64,000 nucleotides of DNA from a virus (Duplodnaviria > Caudoviricetes): positions 1-64,000 of IMG/VR virus record IMGVR_UViG_3300028833_005988; one strand, 5' to 3'. The translations under genes were made by a program, and so were the position numbers. The notes beneath the pieces were generated by a model. The model was not told the DNA's origin. It saw only the letters and a program-made list of their open reading frames with translations, and did no database searches. This document shows positions 12,433-23,509 of the stretch, in pieces; position 1 is the first letter of the stretch, and every line of letters starts with the position of its first letter.

Positions 12433-13594
12433 CCGCGTCCTCCGTATCCTTCAGCAGGATAGGATAAACGCACCGTCTGCCATATCCCCGCTCCAGTACC
12501 ATGGCGGTGGCGCCCGGCTGGCCGCCGTAGCCCAAACGCTGGGCGTAGTCGTCCATGCCGCAGATACTGGGGATCCGAAGGATGAGGGAATTGCCGGATG
12601 CAGTGTAGCCGGAAATCAGCTCCCGTTCCCGGTGCTTATGGCCACACACCATGAAGTCGATCCGCTCATTATATAGCAGCATAGCCTGCTTGGCCGCGTT
12701 TTCCAGGGAGGGAGTATCGGTATCATGGGAGAGCAGGATAGCAAAGCCCTGCACATGCACAAGTTTCCGCCGTTCCACCTGCTCGTCCACCTGCACGGTC
12801 TGAATCCCGCGCAGACGTTCCGCCATATGCCAGAGGATGATCTTCTCCAGGTTCTCGTTTTCGAATTCCCCTTTTTTACTGCCCAGCGGGCGGATCTCCG
12901 AATGATTCCCGTCTACGCCGTATACTTCAATATCCGCGTGAAGAGCTAGGATGCTGACCCAACGCGCCATGTATTCCGCATACCGCATGCAGCTTTCCAC
13001 CACACCCCAGCGCAGACGCATCTATTGGCTGCTGCGAAGCATCCCGTCCAGGGCGTCCCCGCAAAGCAGCAGCACCACATGCCCGATGCTTTCCTTTTCC
13101 AGGATCGCTATGATCTCCCGAAGCAGCAGCGCCATGCGGCGCTTGAAGATTTCCGGGCTGTAAGCGTTCAGCGTTTCATCCCGAAGCCCTTTGATATCCC
13201 ATTCGGCGCCGTAATGACAGTCCGCCACGCAAACGACCAGCGAACGATCCGCATCGTCGCCCGCTGGCACGCAATAAGGGATTTTGATTTCAGGCAGCTT
13301 GGCAGCAGCCTCCGTCACGGCTTGCCGCAGCGCTTCACTACGGTTCTGGGCTCGGTACGCTTCATTGATCTCCCGGCGCAGGTCCCGGAGTTTTTGTTCA
13401 TCATCAGTGGAAGGGAGCGCGCTTCCTGCCATCATTCCGGCATCCGCAGCCAGCCGGATGCCCGCACCCATTTTGCGCTACTGGTCCGGATGCTATCCGC
13501 AGCTGTGCTTTTCGTTGATTTCGCCCCAATCCTAATCTGAAACGCCTGTTACCTTGTCCTATATATCCTGCACCAATGCCTTCTTATCCGCCAT
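12425..13594 (-). CDS. Calcineurin-like metallophosphoesterase (TAG at 13022, 13478, 13493, 13532, 13559)
   Basis: Motifs ADCHYG, GDALDG, DGNH, CGHKH; N-terminus VSD*DWGEI...G*HPDQ*RK. Confidence 0.75.
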
Positions 13595-13598
13595 GGCC

Positions 13599-14336
13599 TC
13601 ACCTCTCAATCTTTGTAACCATCCCTGCATCCAACAAATAACCATCCTGATCCGCAAAAGCTTTGCTACCGTTAGGCAGCAGGATAACCAGGATGCGGTC
13701 CATATCGTACTGATCCCCATACCGCGTTTTGTGTGGCGCATACTTACCGCAAGTGCTATCTACGCAGTATTGCTCATTATCATACTGAAAATCTCCGTTC
13801 ACATCCACCCTACAAAGCCGTATTTGACAGCCGGGGTATTGCTTATGGATCGCCTGCAGCCGCTCAAATCTGGTTGAAGGATGAGCTTTTTCTTTTCGCT
13901 TTCTTGGCTTTTTAAGCACCTGTTCCCATTCACTCAACTGATCCAGAAAGGTATTCAGGCTCTGATTCTCCGTATCACACAGGCTTTGCTGTGTAATCTC
14001 ACTTCCCTCCAGCAAAGAGGAAACGCTCGGAGGACAGTCGGAAGCGTTGATTTCCCGCAAGCGGATCATGGATTCCTTGTAGCTCGTCAGGGTATCCTGG
14101 CTGTCCTCCGGCACATCCCGGAGAAGAAGTGTTCCGCACCGATCCAGCAGCCATTTCACCTTTTTTTCGGGTGAATATGGCGCATCTGGATGTTCACTTA
14201 GCCAGTTTCTGAGACAATAACCTGTCCACGGCTCCAGGATCTATTTGCTGATCAGGTCAGCTTTGTCCTGCTCTTGTGAATAATACAGCGTGAATTTCAC
14301 ACCGTTTGGCAAAGTGATGTTATACCTTGATGCCAT
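13599..14336 (-). CDS. Phage hypothetical protein (TAG at 14241-14243)
   Basis: GGAGGG RBS and ATG at 14336; two track ORFs join in frame across ISK*ILEPW. Confidence 0.6.
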
Positions 14337-14511
14337 CTTTTCTCCCTCCATAAATATTACTTCCGACATGAAGCGCTTTTTCGCGCATTTTTCGAAAAAC
14401 TTTTTCGTGCTCCGAAGCAGTGCTTTGAAAAGAAGACTGCTGCCTATGGACATGTACTTCCGCTATAGACTTTCCTTTCGTCCATAGTATATTTGTCGCG
14501 GTTTTTAAGAA

Positions 14512-14859
14512 TCAATGTTTGCATCTTTTTGTTCCATGAATAACCAGCCATTGCTTTTCGTGCTGGCGGGTAATCCGAGATACCATATTTCTAAAACTCC
14601 GCTCCACTCGCTCTCCGCTTTCTCCATCCTCTTCTGCAATATCCGCAAGCTTCGCGCCTTGCATCTACTGACGCAAAAGGCGAAGCTGAGGAATTGTAAA
14701 CTTACAGTCAGCAATCAGTTGATCCAAGTCCATATAAGTGCAAAGAACCGTCTCCGCAAGATCATAACTCCCATTTGACTCAAATAAATTGCAATTGCTT
14801 TGTTTTGCTAGGTAGGCGGCATCTAATCTGCTTCGTTCTTTGATTAGTTTCGCTACCAC
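14512..14859 (-). CDS. Small regulator with sigma region-4-like HTH (TAG at 14665-14667)
   Basis: IPQLRLLRQ*MQGAKLADIAEEDGESGERV pattern; GGAGG RBS; ends TGA. Confidence 0.5.
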
Positions 14860-15234
14860 CCGTTCCTCCCCCTAAGGAAGATAGATCCAATCCGCATCAT
14901 TTCGCATTTATACTCCTCCTTATATATCTTCTTTTTTATATAGTACAAAATTATTAATGAATTAACCGTTATTATAATATATTATATAATATAAATAATA
15001 AAAGAAATGCATTATTATAGAATAAAATTATGGTACATATGATTATTACTATATATTTATTCTAATATGGGTATGCTCCTTGTTTTCACCTCCTGATAGA
15101 TAAAATGCTGTTTCAAATATAAGAGATGCTTTCTTTCTGTTTTCTTGTATTATAGGAAAATAACTTGTGCCAAACATCGGATTTACGCACTATATGTTGT
15201 GGAAAACTATTTTATTAAAATCCACGAGGTTGAT

Positions 15235-16593
15235 ATGGCAAAACAATTTCTGAAAGAAGAACTGGTTTTATTGCAATATTCGAAGATTATTCACGACTAT
15301 CCTGTCCTTAAAAAAATCATCACTGAACGCCCTGATTTAGATAAATCTGAAGTTCCCTATCTCCCAGATGAAGAAAAGCGGTACTTTACTACAAGTGAAT
15401 ATCAAAGAATTATGGGGGCTGCGGAGCTTGAATGGCACTCTGCGGACTTCAGTCAGGATCCCCCTATTAATGTAAGAGAAAGCGATGAATTCGATAGATG
15501 CGAACTATGCGGTAATACACTTTGCGATACCTTGTATCCAGTGCTTAATTACAATGAGTCAAAAAAACTATATGTTGGCAGTTCATGTATCAATAGATTT
15601 CTTAACAATCTAAGTACAAAAGTAAATGATGCAGAGAAGAGACGGAAACTGGTCCTCAAATATTCGCGCTTGTTAGATTATTTTCCTGGAACAGTTGAAA
15701 AATTTATTTCCTCTGCATTATCCTGTGCGGAGAACCGTGCTTACTTAGTGGTTAATCCATTGTATTCACAGTGCAAAACATGCTTTCAGAATATCCGAAA
15801 TCTATGTAATAAGCATCAGGCAGCTGATGAAGATGAATTACCAGAAATCAATCAACAGATCAAAGAAGCATTGGATAAATATGCTCAGTTAGAAGAAAGA
15901 ACAAATGAATACCTTATAAAAGCGGCAAATGACCCAAGAATTCCAGACAGTAACGTTGTAAATGATCTTCGCGCAAGAAAAAAGAATATAATAGCTATGA
16001 TTCGCAATAAAGGAGGGATTACTGCATCAACAATAAAATACATTGCGGATCTGGATTTTCTGACCAAGAATTATTTGCCCACAATAAAGAGAATAACCGC
16101 TGGTCTATCAGTCCATATAAATCGACTTGATGAGAGAAATGGCGCTGTTGGATATCTTGCTACAACCTCTTCTAACAATACCGTATTCATTCCTCACTAT
16201 ACTTTCGCAGGGGAATTTGGAGAAAACATCATACAAGGCAGAAGAATAGAGAGAGAAAAAACTTTGCTGAAGAGTTGTAGACTTTGTGCTGAAACGGACG
16301 TCTACGATTTCATTGAGCAAAATGCTCGACGTCTTAGTTTCTACAAGATCACCCCTATTGCCATTCGCGACGATACAGAAGAAATCTACTTTAGACTGGA
16401 TTCGGAGAATGTATATAGCCGAGTATCTATAAGAGAAACAATTAATGATAACATGGCTTTCTTCATCAATTCTGGAATAGCCAATCCAGATACGCTCTGT
16501 CAAGTAGTTCGACTCAAGGATCATATGATTACCAAGGAGACTTGGGCAGAGATTAAGAATGATCATAATAATGAGTTGGAATATTTTCAATGA
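15235..16593 (+). CDS. AT-rich hypothetical protein with a CxxC...GxxC Zn-binding motif
   Basis: Long ORF; likely start MAKQFL after GAGG; CELCGNT...YVGSSC. Confidence 0.7.
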   Translation: MAKQFLKEELVLLQYSKIIHDYPVLKKIITERPDLDKSEVPYLPDEEKRYFTTSEYQRIMGAAELEWHSADFSQDPPINVRESDEFDRCELCGNTLCDTLYPVLNYNESKKLYVGSSCINRFLNNLSTKVNDAEKRRKLVLKYSRLLDYFPGTVEKFISSALSCAENRAYLVVNPLYSQCKTCFQNIRNLCNKHQAADEDELPEINQQIKEALDKYAQLEERTNEYLIKAANDPRIPDSNVVNDLRARKKNIIAMIRNKGGITASTIKYIADLDFLTKNYLPTIKRITAGLSVHINRLDERNGAVGYLATTSSNNTVFIPHYTFAGEFGENIIQGRRIEREKTLLKSCRLCAETDVYDFIEQNARRLSFYKITPIAIRDDTEEIYFRLDSENVYSRVSIRETINDNMAFFINSGIANPDTLCQVVRLKDHMITKETWAEIKNDHNNELEYFQ

Positions 16594-16649
16594 GGATAAC
16601 AGAAACACTTGTTTGCTGAATTTCCAAAAAACAAAAGGGAGAAAGAAAA

Positions 16650-17330
16650 ATGGAAGATATGATTTTATTGCTGTTATTTACATATCCCGGATCGGTAGTC
16701 GAATGGGTATACGGCTTCCTGTGTAAGCCCTATGATTATTATACTCCTTTAGAAGGAGTGCAACAGGCAGCACGCTATTTTGTGTTGAGTGTGATTTGCA
16801 CTTCACTTTCCATGTTGATGCTTCCTTTTTTCTTTCCCAATAAAATACAGTTCACAATCTCATCTGTGATAAATGCACTAAAGAATACAGAAATGATTTT
16901 AATATATATTCCGCTTTCTATTGCGGTAAGCATATTACTCGGAGGAATATTATTTGTTTTCCGTCATTTTGTTGTTACCCCAATTTGCAATTCGGTTGCC
17001 AGGAAGAAAAATAAATATACTGATTCCGGATTGAAAGACGTCTGGGCGGAGTTATTCAACCATCCAAAAGATTTCGATCTATGGAAATGCGCTATGATTT
17101 TGAAGAAAAACGGAAAAATTATCGGGTGCGGTATGCCTTATTCTATGCATGTAAAAAAACGTAATGTTGAATATTCGTTAATGTACTGTGACATTGTCCT
17201 AAAAGAAATAAAAAAAGGGAACAATAGCGACTTGATTGAAAATCATGTACTCACATATTATGATGCCCAAAACGATTTGGTTTGTGAATTCTGGAAAGCA
17301 GATGGTATTTTGGAATACATGAAAAATTGA
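16650..17330 (+). CDS. Membrane protein (2-3 hydrophobic segments, soluble C-terminus)
   Basis: Hydrophobic N-terminal helices; GGGAG RBS. Confidence 0.7.
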   Translation: MEDMILLLLFTYPGSVVEWVYGFLCKPYDYYTPLEGVQQAARYFVLSVICTSLSMLMLPFFFPNKIQFTISSVINALKNTEMILIYIPLSIAVSILLGGILFVFRHFVVTPICNSVARKKNKYTDSGLKDVWAELFNHPKDFDLWKCAMILKKNGKIIGCGMPYSMHVKKRNVEYSLMYCDIVLKEIKKGNNSDLIENHVLTYYDAQNDLVCEFWKADGILEYMKN

Positions 17331-17800
17331 AATATAGCTTCGACTCATTGCTGCGTGACATTATAATGTGGCTTATGCTTGTAACCTGAGTATAAGATTC
17401 TTTAATTCTTTTCCGATCTTTTCTGATTTTATGTTCGTGCAAATACAACCTTTCATTTTGTTTTATATGATTCTTCAGTATATATTTATATAGCCATGAC
17501 ATTTGGGTTCCGTTTTTATGGAATCAGTTTTATCATGTCTTTGAAACAATACTTAATCGCATACACGGTAAGGCTTCAAATTATGCTGCAGGAGATTAAT
17601 TATTTTGTTATATTTCCATTATATGCTTCTCTATAATAAAATTCTTCCTCGAGCCTTATTGTACTTTGTATCTTCCAAGTACAAAGAAATTCTGGTATAA
17701 TACAATGGCTGATCAAAAAACAAGGTAACTTGATCAGTTTCTTCGTTATACCCCGCAATACAGTTTAGTTAAATTGAGAATTAATCCAAAGGGCAGTAAA

Positions 17801-18640
17801 ATGAGTCGAATAAAGATGTTCACTATCTTCATCGTTTTGCTTGTTTTGTTTAATTTCTCATCTGCTTCATCTGAGGCTGCACAGGATTCTGATTTACATA
17901 TATATTTTTTAGATGTGGGGCAAGGAGACGCTGCCGTCGTTTTGTGCGAAGGTTATGCTATGATTATTGATGGTGGTGATTCTCAGCGCTCCGCTTACAT
18001 TTACTCATTTTTACATAATACAATAGAGGTTAATCACATTGATGTAATGATCGCCAGCCATCCGCATATGGACCATGTTGGCGGATTAGCGGCAGCCCTA
18101 AATGCTTGTTATGTCGATCTCATCTATTCGCCAGTTTTAGATTACGATACAAATGCATGGAATTCTGTGAAGAAATATGCTGAAATTCTGGGGACGCCTA
18201 TTGTCGTTCCAGACGCAGGGGATGAATTTGATTTGGGAGAAGTGCATGTTCAAATTCTTGGACCTCTTCACTGCTATGTAGATATGAATAATATGTCATT
18301 GATCATAAAGATAACTTTTGGAAATACAAGCTTTCTATTCACTGGGGATGCAGAATGGGAAGCCGAGCATGATCTACTAAACGCGGGAGTAGATCTGTCG
18401 GCTGATGTACTAAAAGTTGGACATCATGGAAGTGAATCAAGTACAAGCTATTGGTTTTTAAGAGAAGTTTCTCCCTCATATGCTGTTATAAGTGTTGGAA
18501 AGGAAAATCAATATGGGCACCCTTCTGAAAACACTATAAGAAAATTACAGGATGCAGATGTTAACATTATTCGCACTGACCTCTCCGGATTGGTTGAGTG
18601 CGTAAGCGATGGAGAACAAGTGGCCTTCATAATAGAGTAA
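17801..18640 (+). CDS. ComEC/Rec2-like metallo-beta-lactamase-fold hydrolase, secreted
   Basis: LDVGQGD, SHPHMDHVGG, TGDAE, KVGHHGS motifs; signal peptide. Confidence 0.85.
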   Translation: MSRIKMFTIFIVLLVLFNFSSASSEAAQDSDLHIYFLDVGQGDAAVVLCEGYAMIIDGGDSQRSAYIYSFLHNTIEVNHIDVMIASHPHMDHVGGLAAALNACYVDLIYSPVLDYDTNAWNSVKKYAEILGTPIVVPDAGDEFDLGEVHVQILGPLHCYVDMNNMSLIIKITFGNTSFLFTGDAEWEAEHDLLNAGVDLSADVLKVGHHGSESSTSYWFLREVSPSYAVISVGKENQYGHPSENTIRKLQDADVNIIRTDLSGLVECVSDGEQVAFIIE

Positions 18641-18784
18641 AGATTGCCGAGATAAACTATTTATTGCTTGCATATTATCAAATATATTTATGGCTTAATT
18701 AGAACATTCAAATATGCTGATTATGTATTTTGTGAAGATTTCGAGAATCATTCCTGAGAAATTCACGAATTTTTTTAACCTTAA

Positions 18785-18817
18785 GTGTACAAATCCGGCT
18801 TTCCATCCGTCTTAATT
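18785..18817 (+). promoter_or_regulatory. ECF-type promoter motif GTGTACAA-N15-CGTCTTAATT (copy 1)
   Basis: Directly upstream of the ECF sigma RBS; same bipartite motif and spacing at 22161 and 26282. Confidence 0.65.
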
Positions 18818-18840
18818 AGTGAAGGAAGGAGGTGATCGGT

Positions 18841-19362
18841 ATGGAGCGTGCTGCGGTACCCAGCATGACCCGAGAGCAGATATTGGAAGCATGGGTTCAC
18901 ACCTATGCGGGAGCGATCCTAAAAACCTGCTTTATTTATTTGGCCGATCATGATCTTGCACAAGACGCGATGCAAGATACGTTTATGAAAGCATGGAAAT
19001 ATATGGGGAACACAAATCATTCAGTCATTCAGAATGAAAAAGCGTGGCTGATGCGGGTAGCGATGAATACTTGCCGGGATTATCGCCGGACGCAATGGTT
19101 CAAGCACATTGATTTCAAAAAGAGCCTGGATGAATTGCCACTCAGCTATATTTCCGTGCCGGAGGAGGATCGCGACTTGGTGATCGAGGTCAGTAATTTG
19201 CCGGATAAATACAAGCAGCTTGTGTTGTTGTATTACTATTCCAACATGACCTTGCAGGACACGGCGGAGGCGTTGGGTATTCCCAAGTCCACCGCCAGCA
19301 AGCGATTAAAACGGGCGGAAGAAATGCTCAAACGCAGTTTGACGGGAGGTGAAGCACAATGA
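18841..19362 (+). CDS. ECF RNA polymerase sigma factor
   Basis: AQDAMQDTF, WLMRVAMNTCRD, region-4 HTH (ETAEALGIPKSTASKRL). Confidence 0.9.
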   Translation: MERAAVPSMTREQILEAWVHTYAGAILKTCFIYLADHDLAQDAMQDTFMKAWKYMGNTNHSVIQNEKAWLMRVAMNTCRDYRRTQWFKHIDFKKSLDELPLSYISVPEEDRDLVIEVSNLPDKYKQLVLLYYYSNMTLQDTAEALGIPKSTASKRLKRAEEMLKRSLTGGEAQ

Positions 19363-21182
19363 AGGATATGGAACTGCAAAAGCGCATTGAAAACGCTGTT
19401 GATACTACGTTGGCTTCTCTTGATCCTTCTGCCCGGCAATGCGATCTGCTGATCGAAAACATTAAGGGAGGAAAGAAAAGCGTTATGGGGAAAAAAGTAT
19501 CTATTACGTTTGTATTTGCAATTGTGATGATGATTGCTTGCATCGGTACCGCAGTTGCGCTATCTTATACGTTTATTCAAAAAGCGGTGCAAAACCAACA
19601 GGAAAGCGGCCCGCTTGAAAAGTGGTCGATCGAGGAAAAGCAGTCTGTAATCGACGCCATGGTCGAAGATGGTTTGGCAGTAGATGAGATCAAGTATGCT
19701 GCTATGAAAAACGCATCAACGAATGAGCAAAAACAGCGTATCGCTAATGAAATATTGCTGGAAAGCAAGCTGGCAAGAGAAGAATTGATAAATCATTACG
19801 GATTCACGGATGATTCTTTCCAGCTCTTTGATAAGACAGTTTTGATTGATGGAGAAGCTGGGACGTGGAATGTAGCCTATATGCCGACTCAATATTCGGA
19901 AAGAATAGGACAATATGTTGTTGTTCTGGATGCAATCACAGGGAATGTGGTGAGTAGCACATGGAGCTATGACCATGCACTGCTTGAAGATACGCTGCCA
20001 GATACCTGGGATTCAAAAATCTGGTCAATGGAAAAAGTCAATCGTCTATTACGCTTTGATGCGGAGCGCATGGAAGAGCTGGAAAAACTGGAGGCGGAGA
20101 AAGGCGAATTTGATTATTGGTCAATTCAAGATAAAGCCGCCTTTGATGAAGAAATAATATCGCTTGGTTATCCGCGCAATGACTTTGTTGTGAACGTCCT
20201 TCCGCAGGCGGATGATGTGGACGAACAAAAGGCATTTAGCTTGGCCGAAGGGATCGTTCGTGAGCGACTGGGCGAATCCTCTTTGCCGATCCAGCCCATC
20301 ACCATTTCCTTCTATCTGCTTGCAGATGATACAAAAGAATGGATGGTCGTCGTTACGGCAGGTGATAATTCAGAGGTTACCTATACCGTTGAAATCGCTT
20401 CGCCTTCCGGCGAGATACTGTCTTGCTCTGCGCCTCTGTTGATTTCTGAAAAGCAGGATGATCAGGCTACTGACCAGCTTTCCTATCAAGAGAATGAAAT
20501 TCTTGATCTTGCTTGGGATGCGATGAGGGCTGAATTCAGTTTCAATGACAATACCCATATCTATTTTAACACAGCTGTCGTTCAATTAGATGACGCATAT
20601 GAGGTCATCTTCAAGTCCAATAACTATAATCCTGCAAAGGTTGGCATATATACAGTTAAACTGAATATGGCGGAAAAAGAAATACTTTCTATTGATTGGA
20701 GTTTACAGCATGAGTATGAGCAGCAAGGCCCAAAAAAGCCGTGGAAAGCTGCGGAACTGTGGAGTTCGTATGAGTATAACGAATATGCCACCTTACGAGA
20801 AAATGGGAAAGCCGTTATGAAAGAAGCAGGCTCTGATATTTCTTGGGGAATGGATTTTGAACATCAAGCGGCTTATGATACACTTTATCGTGAAGCAGGG
20901 TTTGATCGTACACAATATTACCATGCGCTTCCCAGCACACTTGACCTGTCAAAGGAAGAGGCCATTGCATTGGCGATCAATACGATTGCACAAAAGTATA
21001 TTCTGCAAAAAGAAGTACTGGAAAACGATGATATTCTTTATGAATTTGACGTGTCGGAAGAGGATCGTCCACTTTGGAGGATTTCCATCCTTGATGAAGC
21101 AACTGATTCCGTGTATATTGTTGAGATTCAGTCAATAAACAATAATATTATAAAGGCAATAAAAAGAGAGTTATCAAACTAA
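19359..21182 (+). CDS. Membrane-anchored anti-sigma-like protein with repeated PepSY-like extracellular domains
   Basis: ATGA-coupled to the sigma gene; one TM near residue 45-70; repeated 'EEAI..A...W...V.IDA..GE' units. Confidence 0.65.
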   Translation: MKDMELQKRIENAVDTTLASLDPSARQCDLLIENIKGGKKSVMGKKVSITFVFAIVMMIACIGTAVALSYTFIQKAVQNQQESGPLEKWSIEEKQSVIDAMVEDGLAVDEIKYAAMKNASTNEQKQRIANEILLESKLAREELINHYGFTDDSFQLFDKTVLIDGEAGTWNVAYMPTQYSERIGQYVVVLDAITGNVVSSTWSYDHALLEDTLPDTWDSKIWSMEKVNRLLRFDAERMEELEKLEAEKGEFDYWSIQDKAAFDEEIISLGYPRNDFVVNVLPQADDVDEQKAFSLAEGIVRERLGESSLPIQPITISFYLLADDTKEWMVVVTAGDNSEVTYTVEIASPSGEILSCSAPLLISEKQDDQATDQLSYQENEILDLAWDAMRAEFSFNDNTHIYFNTAVVQLDDAYEVIFKSNNYNPAKVGIYTVKLNMAEKEILSIDWSLQHEYEQQGPKKPWKAAELWSSYEYNEYATLRENGKAVMKEAGSDISWGMDFEHQAAYDTLYREAGFDRTQYYHALPSTLDLSKEEAIALAINTIAQKYILQKEVLENDDILYEFDVSEEDRPLWRISILDEATDSVYIVEIQSINNNIIKAIKRELSN

Positions 21183-21225
21183 AAAACGCTGTCACCTAAT
21201 TCTGCTTGGTTTCTTTTTAGACCAA

Positions 21226-21251
21226 GGGGGCGCTGTCGATGCAGCGCCCCC
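21226..21251. terminator. Hairpin between convergent genes
   Basis: GGGGGCGCTG / CAGCGCCCCC perfect 10-bp inverted repeat. Confidence 0.7.
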
Positions 21252-21258
21252 AAATGGA

Positions 21259-21795
21259 TTAATGAGCTTCATTATACAGAGCATTCTTCGTCAAGGGACC
21301 ACTAATGCCATCAACACCAAGACCTTGATCAGTTTGGAAATTCCGTACTGCAGTACGAGTGGCAGAACCATATTTTCCATCAACATTACCACTCAAATAT
21401 CCAAGTGTCTTAAGATCTTGCTGCAAGTATCTCACATAGCGATTATTGCTACCCAGGTTAAGTTCCGTAGTTCCGTAGAAAATTTCCCATTCTCGTCCAG
21501 CCACACGAACATATTGCCGCATAACATAGTAAGTGGTGCCATTTTTAACGAAGGAATACCAATGAGCATTAACCGGGGTTACATTTACGCTGGAAGTATT
21601 GGAGAGAGTCCCTTTTTTGGTTAGACCACTATTAGAAGCGGTAGTATTGTAACCGCTATAATAGTTAACGGTACCATAAGGGGTAGCACCATGGCTGGTA
21701 TCAACCGTGCCGCTTTCGGCAAACGCAGGAATGGCAATAGTCATGATGGACATGATCGCCAGAACCAGAGCAAGGATCTTCTTGATATTCTTCAT
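21259..21795 (-). CDS. Secreted peptidoglycan-binding domain protein
   Basis: Signal peptide MKNIKKILALV...AFA; C-terminal LQQDLKTLGY...VDGKYGSATRTAVRNFQ...VDGISGPLT. Confidence 0.8.
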   Translation of the reverse strand: MKNIKKILALVLAIMSIMTIAIPAFAESGTVDTSHGATPYGTVNYYSGYNTTASNSGLTKKGTLSNTSSVNVTPVNAHWYSFVKNGTTYYVMRQYVRVAGREWEIFYGTTELNLGSNNRYVRYLQQDLKTLGYLSGNVDGKYGSATRTAVRNFQTDQGLGVDGISGPLTKNALYNEAH

Positions 21796-21802
21796 TGTTT
21801 TC

Positions 21803-22144
21803 ACTTTCCTTTCATTTGGGCGCACGAAATACATCGAAGTGCTGCCCTTCGTTTTTTGATTTTGGTATTCTGAAATATGGGGTTATATCAGATGAAAGCA
21901 CTTTTTTCATTCTGCGCTGCTGCGTGCTATGATTCCTTGTAGAACATCCATCCCCATCTCTTTGAGGATGGCAGCGGCCAAGCTCGTTTTACAGAATCAT
22001 CCACGCCGTGAATCAGATCAATGGAATCACCACTTTCTTTGTTTTGCTGCCGTGGGTTTCATTCCCTCAGCGCAGTTATAGTATAAGGCATATCCGGGGT
22101 TTTGAAAATTGAAGAGGTTGAGCAGTTTCCGAGAAGATTTCAAG
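21803..22144. repeat. About 343-bp upstream module, copy 1
   Basis: Near-identical to 25911-26253 and 30171-30513 by visual alignment. Confidence 0.9.
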
Positions 22145-22160
22145 CAAAAATTTTGAAAGA

Positions 22161-22193
22161 GTGTACAAATGCTATATTTTTTTCGTCTTAATT
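22161..22193 (+). promoter_or_regulatory. ECF-type promoter motif, copy 2
   Basis: GTGTACAA-N15-CGTCTTAATT. Confidence 0.6.
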
Positions 22194-22646
22194 AATGTGA
22201 GAGTACTATTATCAAGATTTCTCTTGGTAAAGCGTTCTATATAAACATAGGGAGGAGAAACGATAGCCATAGAAAAAAATATATAATTTGGTATAAGAAT
22301 GATACTAGCCTTGTAGTTTAAGAAAGTAATGAGGAGAAACAAGAAATGGAAAAAGCATTAATCCGTGGTTTCATGATCGCCTTGATAGTGCTTTTGATGA
22401 CTGCCTCTGTTTTAGCAGAATCAACGAATCAAGCAATCAGTATTCGTCCACGAAAGACTCATGCAGTATGCTCGTGGATGTCTCAGTAGTCCTTGTCGGA
22501 CAGGATGCTTATTCAAGTGTATTTATAGGGAGTGACGAACGTTGGAAACTGTTTGAAAATTATATGTTTTGAGGTGACATTCAGCGTATTTTATGATATA
22601 ATGAAATTCAATATACAACTTTAGTTAAATCTTAGGAGGGTAACCC

Positions 22647-23474
22647 ATGAAAAGAATTCTTAGCATTTTTCTGCTTTTGTGCTCCGTTTTTGCCAGTGCA
22701 CACGCTGAGGAAAATGAGACTTGGATTGGAGAAAAGAAAGCGAGAGAATTGGCATCCATTTATTTTTCTGAGAAAAGCGGATTAAATGAAGAAGAAATAA
22801 AAACATATCATTTCAGTGAACTATCCTCGAAGTGGCTTGAAGATGGAACGCCTGCGTTTATCGCTATATTCTTTGGTGATATCGATGATCCGCGTTATGC
22901 GACAAATTCCTATAGTGTGTATATCAATAGCCATAATGGAGACCTCATTCGGATCACGTATCCTCAAGCATGGCACCCTGTCGATTTGGAATATAGGCGT
23001 TTGGAAAAAGAACGGGGAGCATTGGTGGATTGGACGATCGAACAAAAATATGAACTAAAGATATTGTCTATTGCTGCTTACGAAGAATACCTTGAGCATC
23101 CGAAAGAAAAGAACTATCTTCCATTGACTCGGTATGCGCAGCAATTCATGAGTTATGACTATCGTTTGCCAGATGAATTATGTATTTCTGAGGATACGGC
23201 AAAGCAGCTTGCCATGGATGCTCTCAAAAAAACAGAATCTTTTGATGATGAATATGTCCAAACACAATTTCGGATCAGTTCTTCCTTCCTTTTTTCCAAA
23301 CAATTTTTTCCCGAAGGGCGGCTGGTATGGAAAATTTTCTTTCTTCCCTTATATGATACCAAATATTACGACTATGGGTATTATGTTGAAATTGGCGCGG
23401 AAGATGGAACGGCACTGGGCATTGTTCATCAACTGTATACAGACAACACTTCACTTGTTGACCATTATGAATGA
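22647..23474 (+). CDS. Secreted protein with PepSY-like repeats
   Basis: Signal peptide; similar repeated pattern to 19359-21182 and 26501-27685. Confidence 0.7.
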   Translation: MKRILSIFLLLCSVFASAHAEENETWIGEKKARELASIYFSEKSGLNEEEIKTYHFSELSSKWLEDGTPAFIAIFFGDIDDPRYATNSYSVYINSHNGDLIRITYPQAWHPVDLEYRRLEKERGALVDWTIEQKYELKILSIAAYEEYLEHPKEKNYLPLTRYAQQFMSYDYRLPDELCISEDTAKQLAMDALKKTESFDDEYVQTQFRISSSFLFSKQFFPEGRLVWKIFFLPLYDTKYYDYGYYVEIGAEDGTALGIVHQLYTDNTSLVDHYE

Positions 23475-23509
23475 TGCTGATATATCGCACGGCTTTCAAT
23501 TTTATTAAA

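Noticed and set aside
849-14859. Reading the fragmented late genes as pseudogenes of a decayed prophage
   Set aside because: All interruptions I found are TAG, with no TAA/TGA or frameshifts, and read-through restores full-length genes and coupled junctions. A context-specific mutator or artefact is not fully excluded without reads.
849-14859. TAG = Gln (table 15) or pyrrolysine
   Set aside because: Many TAGs fall at hydrophobic core positions of terminase and portal motifs, and no pyl genes are in view. A few sites (1305, 9773, 14241) would also fit Gln, so an alignment is still needed.
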